Source: Deltaproteobacteria bacterium (GTDB taxonomy: Bacteria > Desulfobacterota > Desulfobacteria > Desulfobacterales > UBA2156). From it: a DNA stretch of 64,000 nt. Positions 48,288-54,906 of this stretch are shown here, one piece after another; position 1 is the first letter of the stretch, and each line of letters opens with the position of its first letter. Position numbers and translations under genes: made by a program. Location of the stretch: contig JAFDGC010000005.1 in the NCBI GenBank assembly GCA_019309485.1, forward strand, positions 20,596 to 84,595, written 5' to 3'. The notes under the pieces were generated by a model that made no database searches, was not told where the DNA came from, and was given only the letters and a program-made list of their open reading frames with translations.

Positions 48288-48402
48288 TGACCGGAGAGCT
48301 TCCCGCAAGCCCCGCCTTTTAAGGCGAGATCGAGGGAAGCCCTCAAAAAACAGGTGATTTCCTTACCAGGGAGCCCCGCCCTTCAGGGCGGGAGGGCTCC
48401 AC
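48288..48402 (-). repeat. Two-hairpin GC-rich element, full-length copy, starting 1 nt after the moaA stop within the ~245-nt fdhA leader
   Basis: Minus strand: GUGGAGCCCUCCCGCCCUGAAGGGCGGGGCUCC...GGCUUCCCUCGAUCUCGCCUUAAAAGGCGGGGCUUGCGGGAAGCUCUCCGGUCA. It is collinear with 13106..13219(+). Confidence 0.75.
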
Positions 48403-48403
48403 T

Positions 48404-49420
48404 TCATCCGCCGATGGCGGACATGGGATCCAAGACGTCGCAGTTTTTCATGCAACCCAGTCCGTGTTCATGGGGCTTTCTTAAGACGGCCTGGGCCATG
48501 ATCCGGCCAATATCCGCATCGCTGGCGCCGCTTCTCATGGGCCCCTTGAGGTCTTCTTGAACACTGGACAGCAGACAGACACGCAACCGACCGCTTGCGG
48601 TCAGTCTCAACCGGTTGCAATCATGACAGAAGTGATGGCTGATGGGTCGAATAAGCCCGATCTCCCCGGCCGCTCCGGCAAAACGGTACCGCTCCGCCGG
48701 CCCGTCATTTTTATTTCTGAGGATCGGTTCCAATGGGCCCATCTTTTCTAGGGTGTGCAGGATTTCCGGTGCAAGGAGTTGCTGACGGATATTCATACAA
48801 TGGGTCCCCATGGGCATATACTCGATAAACCGTATAAAAAAGGGCTCTTTCATGGAAAGGCGGGCGAAATCGATCAACTCGTCCTCATTGAGACCGCGGA
48901 TGACCACCACATTGAGTTTGATGGGATAAAACCCTGCTTCGAGGGCAGATCGAATCCCTCTCCATACGGCGTCGAAACGATCGAACCCGGTAATTTTTTC
49001 ATATTTATTCCGATTCAGGGTGTCCAGGCTGACGTTGATGCGATGAATGCCCGCATCCAGGATGCGCTCGATTTTTTCCGCCAAGAGCACACCGTTGGTG
49101 GTCAGAGAAATATCCTCGAGGCCTTCTATACCCCCCAGCGCCTTTAAAAACGCATAGACGCCTTTTCGCACCAGCGGTTCACCGCCGGTGACACGGACCT
49201 TGGAAATCCCCAACCTAACGGCGATTTTCACGATCCTGAGGATTTCCTCGTAACGCAGGATCTCTGCGTGGGGGAGCTTGGGGAAAAAGACATCCGGTAC
49301 ACAGTAGGTACACCGGAGATTACACCGGTCGGTGATGGAAAGGCGGAGATAATTGAGCCGCCGGTTGAAGCGATCGATCAGGCCTTTCCCGGGCAACTCC
49401 ATAGTCGATTCAACCGGCAC
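48404..49420 (-). CDS. moaA: GTP 3',8-cyclase MoaA (radical SAM)
   Basis: LRLSITDRCNLRCTYC radical-SAM motif, and a C-terminal cluster CHDCNRLRLTASGRLRVC. GTG start after AAAGGAG. Confidence 0.9.
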   Translation of the reverse strand: MPVESTMELPGKGLIDRFNRRLNYLRLSITDRCNLRCTYCVPDVFFPKLPHAEILRYEEILRIVKIAVRLGISKVRVTGGEPLVRKGVYAFLKALGGIEGLEDISLTTNGVLLAEKIERILDAGIHRINVSLDTLNRNKYEKITGFDRFDAVWRGIRSALEAGFYPIKLNVVVIRGLNEDELIDFARLSMKEPFFIRFIEYMPMGTHCMNIRQQLLAPEILHTLEKMGPLEPILRNKNDGPAERYRFAGAAGEIGLIRPISHHFCHDCNRLRLTASGRLRVCLLSSVQEDLKGPMRSGASDADIGRIMAQAVLRKPHEHGLGCMKNCDVLDPMSAIGG

Positions 49421-49670
49421 GGTTTCACTCCTTTTTCCAGCAGGGCCGGTACGGTCGTAAGCGGGAAAGCATCCAGAAGCGGCTTAAAAATCCCATTCGA
49501 AACCGGACAACGATGTGGGGGACCGTTCCAAAATACGCCGCAATCATCGGGAATATGCGTCGCTTTTTTTCGGCCAATACCCTTTTGGTATCGCGCCTGA
49601 ATGAGATTTTGAAACCCCTTCGACGTGCTCATGGGTATATATACGGCTCTTTTAAAAATGTCAAGGATCA

Positions 49671-50150
49671 TCAGGCCTCTTCGTCGGTATCCAGCGCGTC
49701 CTCGTCGGCGACTTGAACCGTTGCCTGATATCCGTTGAAAACCTCCTTGTCATAATCGTCTTCAATTTCTTCTTCCAAAAGTTCGTCGAGCTCTGAGGAC
49801 TCCTCTTCTATCCCGTCTTCGGCAAGGCCCCATTCTCTGTTCCGCTCCTGGGAAATCAACTCCATATCGTCAAAGGCCAGCTCCGCAGACCCCTTATCCT
49901 TTGATTCCAAAAGCTCCAAGACGGTCTCGGCGATTTTCTCGGTATACGCACCGATGGGATAGAAATTACGTGTTCTCAAGACATCCATCAGAGCCTGGCG
50001 GCCCGCTTTGGCAGCGGCCTGTATCTGTTTGATGTCATAGGATTCTTCACACAGCAAAGAATACGCCTCTTTATCCAATTCGGCATATTCTTGAATCACG
50101 ATGTGGTTCTTTTCTGCATTTTTAAGAATCTGATATTTTTGTTTCATCAT
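49671..50150 (-). CDS. Hypothetical protein with an extremely acidic C-terminal third
   Basis: 159 aa. The tail reads EDGIEEESSELDELLEEEIEDDYDKE...ADEDALDTDEEA. By eye the region is less GC-rich than its surroundings. No motif recognised. Confidence 0.5.
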   Translation of the reverse strand: MMKQKYQILKNAEKNHIVIQEYAELDKEAYSLLCEESYDIKQIQAAAKAGRQALMDVLRTRNFYPIGAYTEKIAETVLELLESKDKGSAELAFDDMELISQERNREWGLAEDGIEEESSELDELLEEEIEDDYDKEVFNGYQATVQVADEDALDTDEEA

Positions 50151-50381
50151 GGATCTCCCGGGCGATCAGCCCCATTTTTTTATTCTTTTAAAACACGTCT
50201 TTGTGCGATTGTCAACATTGATGAAACCCTGAAAAAGCCCGAAACCGTCCTGCCGGACGGCCTTCCGCGCATCTTCCCTACCATTATAATATCATGCAAT
50301 ATCAGTTGCGTACAAAGTTATCCGCAATGGAGAGGATCGTTCCCAGTGCCGGGATTTCGATTCCGGATGCCAAAAAACCGG

Positions 50382-50410
50382 TTGACCCGAAACGCCGCCG
50401 ATGCTATTCT
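50382..50410 (+). promoter_or_regulatory. Sigma-70-like promoter for the tRNA-Ser pair
   Basis: TTGACC (50382..50387), a 17-nt spacer, then TATTCT (50405..50410), 11 nt before the first tRNA. Confidence 0.5.
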
Positions 50411-50421
50411 TTAAGCTCATA

Positions 50422-50507
50422 GGAGGGATGGCCGAGTGGTTGAAGGCGACGGTCTTGAAAACCGTTGAGCGACAGCTCCGTGGGTTCGAATCCTACTCCC
50501 TCCGCCA
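50422..50507 (+). tRNA. tRNA-Ser (anticodon UGA)
   Basis: GGAGGGA acceptor stem pairs with TCCCTCC, then G and CCA. The anticodon loop is CTTGAAA, there is a long variable arm, and the T-loop is GGTTCGAATCC. Confidence 0.9.
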
Positions 50508-50554
50508 GACCTGGAGGGGGCGGGCGCCCACGGGTGCCGCACCCCATGGTTTCC

Positions 50555-50647
50555 GGAGAGGTGGCCGAGTCGGTCGAAGGCGCTCGCCTGCTAAGCGAGT
50601 ATACTCTGAAAGGGGTATCCCGGGTTCGAATCCCGGTCTCTCCGCCA
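50555..50647 (+). tRNA. tRNA-Ser (anticodon GCU)
   Basis: GGAGAGG acceptor stem pairs with TCTCTCC, then G and CCA. The anticodon stem-loop is CTCGC-CTGCTAA-GCGAG, there is a long variable arm, and the T-loop is GGTTCGAATCC. Confidence 0.9.
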
Positions 50648-50662
50648 TTTTTTCCTTATTTC

Positions 50663-51508
50663 CTATTGCGCCTTTTTCATAAGAAGGATCCCGCACCACC
50701 CTTGATCGCATCTAACCCATAGCCTGGAAAAAACCTCCGGAGGATAACGGTCCACCAGGCGTCGTATTTCCCCCTCCCGGACCCCGGAAAGGATCACCCC
50801 GCCCCCTTTTTCCGTCAAGGACTGTATGGTCGGCGCCATCGACACCAGTGTCGGGAATCGGAGATTGGCCGCCACCAGAGAAAATGGGCCGCATTGGGCA
50901 TCCGCCGGTTTTTCGGAGACCCGGATCCGGTCCTCCAGGCCGTTGATTCTGACGTTTTCCCTTGCTTCGAATCGGGCGCAGGGATCCGTATCAATGCCCA
51001 GGGCAAAGGTCATTCCCAGGCGGACGGCGGCGATCATCAACACACCGTTGCCGGTCCCGATGTCCAGCACGCGCGTCTTTTCCCGATGGTGCCATCCGAA
51101 AGCGGTACGAACGGCCGCCTCGATTCCCGCCAGTGCCAACCGGGTGGAGGCATGGTCTCCGGCCCCGAAGGCGCTTCCCTGGGCAAGGGAAACCACGATT
51201 TCACCCGGCTGGGGAGAATAATTGAATCGGGGAGGTGTCAACACCAATCCTTTTGAAATGCGGACAAGTCCCTGGACGGAAGGTTCCAGGAAAGAACATC
51301 CCATCCGATAGGTGTATTGCAGTGTGCCTTCGTTGATGAGTGCCCTGACGGCCCTGCGAAGGACCCGCCTTTCCCGTGGCCTCCCGACATTCAGGGTTTT
51401 CGCCACATCCGCCGGCGTCCATCGTTTGGGGGAATGCACAATCAGTCGCCGGATGCGGCTTTTGAAAAAGTCGTCTTCCCCGCCGGTGTGTTCGTTTCCC
51501 GCATTCAC
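50663..51508 (-). CDS. PrmA-like SAM-dependent methyltransferase with an N-terminal winged-helix-like extension
   Basis: GDHASTRLAL...VLDIGTGNGVLMIAAVRLG...GIDTDP resemble PrmA motifs. The N-terminal part is KRWTPADVAKTLNVGRPRERRVLRRAVRALINEG. The start is uncertain (GTG 51508 chosen, just after the upstream stop). Confidence 0.6.
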   Translation of the reverse strand: MNAGNEHTGGEDDFFKSRIRRLIVHSPKRWTPADVAKTLNVGRPRERRVLRRAVRALINEGTLQYTYRMGCSFLEPSVQGLVRISKGLVLTPPRFNYSPQPGEIVVSLAQGSAFGAGDHASTRLALAGIEAAVRTAFGWHHREKTRVLDIGTGNGVLMIAAVRLGMTFALGIDTDPCARFEARENVRINGLEDRIRVSEKPADAQCGPFSLVAANLRFPTLVSMAPTIQSLTEKGGGVILSGVREGEIRRLVDRYPPEVFSRLWVRCDQGWCGILLMKKAQ

Positions 51509-51512
51509 TCGA

Positions 51513-51857
51513 TTACCGGCGTGTTTCTTTTTCCAGGAGCTCCCGGTACCACAGGGAAAATTCATACATGCCCAGGTACCGATCGTCTCCGTTGATGATG
51601 CCCAGGGCCATATCCAACACGCCCTGTCCATAGGCGTTGGAATAGGTCTCGGGAGACCGGGTTTGCAGAAACTCTTTGACCAGCATGGCCGTTGTGCGAC
51701 GCGTCCGATCCCTTCGGATATCGATGGGGTCCTTGGGTTCTTCGAAGGGATCCCACTTCTCGTAGCCCCTTTTAAGGATGTACTGGCGGCGTTTTTCCGA
51801 CATGCTGTCGAAAATGCTCCGTTTTCGTCTTTGGGCGTCCTCCGATTCTCGATTCAT
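51513..51857 (-). CDS. Hypothetical protein (114 aa)
   Basis: Track ORF with ordinary composition. Its start overlaps the stop of the upstream YkgJ-like gene (ATGA). Confidence 0.45.
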   Translation of the reverse strand: MNRESEDAQRRKRSIFDSMSEKRRQYILKRGYEKWDPFEEPKDPIDIRRDRTRRTTAMLVKEFLQTRSPETYSNAYGQGVLDMALGIINGDDRYLGMYEFSLWYRELLEKETRR

Positions 51858-52540
51858 CCTTTCCGTCCTTCTTTGTTTTCCTCTGATGTATCGGTGCCCA
51901 CCCCGAGATACTGGGCGTCATAATCCGTCAGAAGCGCCATGGAGAGGGGAACCAGCATTTCATGGAGTTTGGGATACCGGGTCTGGAGGGCCTGGGCGAT
52001 TTCCGCCGACAGGGCGAAGAGTTTTCGGTGCACCGTTTCCAGGTTGACCGTGGGATACACCTTTCCTTCATAAAACCCGGAACGGCCGCAGGTATGGCTT
52101 ATTCCGCCGATGGCCGTGGGGAGTCCGTACAGCCGGCAAGTGACGGGCCGAAAAGGATACAGATCACAGGTCTTTTTTTCATTCAACAGGGGGCAGCGGA
52201 TGCGTTCGGCGGCCAATTCCACGAGAATTTCCGTCTCCGCCTTCCCCGCTTCCCGATCTTTGGCAGCCTTTTTTTTGATCTGAAACGCCTTTCGATCGGC
52301 CCGGTTCGCCTTTTCCAGAATCTGCTCCCGCGCTTTGCCCTGGAACCGTCGGTTGAATTGATGGTTGATATAAAGCGCCTCCACCAGGGAGAGATCGAAT
52401 ATCGCATGGCAACAGTCGGCGCACTTGAGGGTGCAGGTCACCCCGTGCGGATATTCTTTCTTGATGCGATCGAAGGTGGCGTCCACGACGGCCAGCAACG
52501 CTTCATATTTGTTGAAAAAAGGTGAAAAATCAAAATCCAT
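51854..52540 (-). CDS. YkgJ-family cysteine-cluster (CxxCxxCC) protein
   Basis: CTLKCADCCHAIF plus downstream Cys motifs (CPLL..KKTCDLYPFRPVTCR). I chose ATG at 52540. The upstream part of track ORF 51854..52627 reads through the palindrome. Confidence 0.7.
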   Translation of the reverse strand: MDFDFSPFFNKYEALLAVVDATFDRIKKEYPHGVTCTLKCADCCHAIFDLSLVEALYINHQFNRRFQGKAREQILEKANRADRKAFQIKKKAAKDREAGKAETEILVELAAERIRCPLLNEKKTCDLYPFRPVTCRLYGLPTAIGGISHTCGRSGFYEGKVYPTVNLETVHRKLFALSAEIAQALQTRYPKLHEMLVPLSMALLTDYDAQYLGVGTDTSEENKEGRKG

Positions 52541-52574
52541 CCGTTTATCTCCCTTCCAGCGGGTTTTCCGCCGA

Positions 52575-52618
52575 ACCTCTCCCCCAAATGTTCCACGTGG
52601 AACATTTGGGGGAGAGGT
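52575..52618. repeat. Perfect 44-nt palindrome (22-bp arms, no spacer)
   Basis: ACCTCTCCCCCAAATGTTCCAC|GTGGAACATTTGGGGGAGAGGT read directly. It lies between the mnmE stop and the ykgJ-like start. Confidence 0.9.
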
Positions 52619-52708
52619 CACCGTCATTTTTTAAACCCAAAATCAAAGCGATGCCGGCCCATAACATATTGCGGGTGCGGGCGGAATCGGTCTTTCCCGA
52701 ATCCATCC

Positions 52709-54088
52709 TCATTTTCCGATGCAAAAACGGCTGAAAACAGCATCCAATACATCAGGGCGAAGGGTTTCCCCCAGGATCTCGTTCAGCGCATCCATGGCAT
52801 CGTTTACGTCCATGCAAACAAGTTCCGGCGATCGGCCCAAAGAAAAGCTTTCGGAGGCAGCCCGTGCGCTTTCCAGCGCCCGGCCCAAGGCCTCTTTCTG
52901 CCGTAAATTGGGAACGAGGGGATCTTCCAGGCGGAAGGCGGCATCCCCTAAAACCTGTTGAACCATTTTTTTCTTTAAGGAATCAATCCCCCATCGATGC
53001 AATGCGGAAATGGACGCCACCGGAACCCTCTTCCAGGCTTCTGGGATTTCCGGGCGCCATTCGGGATCCACCCGGTCCATTTTGTTGATCACCAAAAGCG
53101 TCGGTTTCTCGAAAACCGGCATCCTTTCCCTTTGGAGGGTTTCCGGACAGGCAGCGTCCACCATGAAGAGCAACAGGTCAGCTTCTTCTATCTTTTCCCG
53201 GGTGCGTTGAATGCCGATTCGTTCCACCGGATCCCGGGTTTCCTGGAGTCCGGCCGTGTCCACAATCGTGGCGTGAACACCGAAAAGGTCCAGGGGTTCT
53301 TCTAGAAAATCCCGGGTCGTTCCCGGATGCGGCGTGACAATGGCCCGCTCCCGATCAAGGAGACAATTCATCAGGCTCGATTTTCCCACATTCGGCAGGC
53401 CCGCCACCACCACTCGGATCCCCTCCCGAAAAAAACGGCCCTGTTCGTATTGGATCAACAGGGATTCCAGCGGGGAAATGATGTGTTGGTGCATCCTCTC
53501 GACCCCCTTTTCCGGGTCGATCAAGGCCCTTGTATCTTCCGGAAAATCGATGGCGGCCGTTATCTCGGCCAACAGATCCAGCAAAACGGCGCGACACGTC
53601 TCTATTCGTTTTCTCAGCCCGCCTTGGATCTGGGCGGCGGCGATTTCGAGGGAAGCACGGCTTTCCGCGCTCACGATTTCCATGACGGCCTCGGCTTGGC
53701 TGAGGTCGATGCGGCCGTTGAAAAAGGCGCGCCGAGTGAATTCCCCGGGTTCCGCGGGACGGGCTCCCCGGGCAAGGACCAGTTCAAAGACCGCTCGCAG
53801 GACAGCCGGTCCGCTGTGGGTGTGGATTTCCACCACATCCTCCCGGGTATAGGACCTGGGTCCTTGCATGTAGACCATCATCACTTCATCCAGGATCCGG
53901 CCGGATTCGGGATCCCGGATCCGGCCGTAGTAAAAACGGTGGCTTTCGTAGGGACCGGTGCTTTTTCCGGAAGGGGGATGAAACAGGGTTTTGGCGATAT
54001 CCAATGCCGCGTTTCCCGACATCCGGAGAATTCCGATCCCGCCGCGGCCGTAGGGGGTGGCGACGGCGGCAATGGTGTCAGAATCCAT
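52709..54088 (-). CDS. mnmE: tRNA modification GTPase MnmE (TrmE)
   Basis: DTIAAVATP N-terminus, G-domain GLPNVGKSSL / DTAG / NKMD, and a C-terminal FCIGK. Confidence 0.92.
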   Translation of the reverse strand: MDSDTIAAVATPYGRGGIGILRMSGNAALDIAKTLFHPPSGKSTGPYESHRFYYGRIRDPESGRILDEVMMVYMQGPRSYTREDVVEIHTHSGPAVLRAVFELVLARGARPAEPGEFTRRAFFNGRIDLSQAEAVMEIVSAESRASLEIAAAQIQGGLRKRIETCRAVLLDLLAEITAAIDFPEDTRALIDPEKGVERMHQHIISPLESLLIQYEQGRFFREGIRVVVAGLPNVGKSSLMNCLLDRERAIVTPHPGTTRDFLEEPLDLFGVHATIVDTAGLQETRDPVERIGIQRTREKIEEADLLLFMVDAACPETLQRERMPVFEKPTLLVINKMDRVDPEWRPEIPEAWKRVPVASISALHRWGIDSLKKKMVQQVLGDAAFRLEDPLVPNLRQKEALGRALESARAASESFSLGRSPELVCMDVNDAMDALNEILGETLRPDVLDAVFSRFCIGK

Positions 54089-54101
54089 GGGGGTTGTCCG
54101 C

Positions 54102-54893
54102 TTAGGATTTCGGATCGGAAGGCTGCTTTTTTCGCGGATAGATGAACAACTTCTTGAGTGCGCCCCCTCCCTTGCTGTGGGTGCGTACCTCCTGGTCGTT
54201 TTTCAGGGCGAGATGAACGATTCGTCGGTCCGAGGCGTTCAGGTCTCCCAGGGTCACCGGTTTTCCCGTTTTCTTGACTTTTTCAGAGACCTTTTCGGCC
54301 AATCGCTGGAGGCTGACGCGCCGGTTTTGTTGATAGCCTTCCACGTCCACGCGGACGCGGATCCGCTGTTCGCTTTTTCGCTGGACAATTTTTTCCAAAA
54401 GATACTGGATGGCATCCAGGGTCTGGCCTCTTTTTCCGATCAGCAGCGCGCTGTTTCCCCCCTTAACATGATAAAAGAGCCCTTCCGGGCTAGATTTCAC
54501 GACGATTTGTGCATCCGTGGTAATGCTGTTTACGATTTGGCGAAGGGCTTCTTCCCCCTCCGCGGCAAGGAGGGCATCGCCGGTCGGTTCCCGGGGTTGT
54601 TCGCGGGTCTCTTTCTCTTCCGCTTCCCGTGCGCTCTCCGGGGATGTTTCCGGCCGCGCGTCTCCTTCAACATCCGAGTCTTTGGTTTCCGCCTTGGCTT
54701 CCCCGGATTTCAGGGATCGAGCCAGAGTTACCCGGATGCGGGCTTTCTTGGATCCCACCAAACCGAAAATGCCGGTGGATCCGTAACTAATGACGTCATA
54801 TTTGAGCTTTTCTTTGGGGACATTCACCGCCCTGCAGGCCTTTTCAACGGCCTGATCGACATTTTTTCCTTCAAATTCCAAAAGTTGTGGCAT
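54102..54893 (-). CDS. Jag/KhpB-type RNA-binding protein (Jag_N, KH, R3H)
   Basis: Conserved position between yidC and mnmE. It has a KH-like GKRGQTLDAIQYL and a C-terminal R3H-like RRIVHLAL...THS.G. Confidence 0.8.
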   Translation of the reverse strand: MPQLLEFEGKNVDQAVEKACRAVNVPKEKLKYDVISYGSTGIFGLVGSKKARIRVTLARSLKSGEAKAETKDSDVEGDARPETSPESAREAEEKETREQPREPTGDALLAAEGEEALRQIVNSITTDAQIVVKSSPEGLFYHVKGGNSALLIGKRGQTLDAIQYLLEKIVQRKSEQRIRVRVDVEGYQQNRRVSLQRLAEKVSEKVKKTGKPVTLGDLNASDRRIVHLALKNDQEVRTHSKGGGALKKLFIYPRKKQPSDPKS

Positions 54894-54906
54894 ACAGCCT
54901 CCGTTG

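Noticed and set aside
48158-48346. N-terminal 63-codon extension of the fdhA ORF (start at 48346), and likewise 42974..43117 for the hydrogenase small subunit
   Set aside because: In both cases a Met directly preceding a twin-arginine signal peptide has a strong SD (GGAGGGAGG / AAGGAGGTG). The extensions read through the repeat element or leader and are compositionally non-protein-like.
49378-49671. 97-aa ORF between the acidic-protein gene and moaA
   Set aside because: It overlaps moaA by 43 nt, and its second half (Pro/Cys/Gly-rich) looks non-coding. It is retained only as an alternative explanation in the moaA-leader finding because its ATG overlaps the upstream stop (TGATG).
50422-50647. 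Whether one of the two long-arm tRNAs is tRNA-Sec (selC)
   Set aside because: The anticodons read UGA and GCU (both serine). Neither is UCA, and the acceptor stems are the normal 7 bp.
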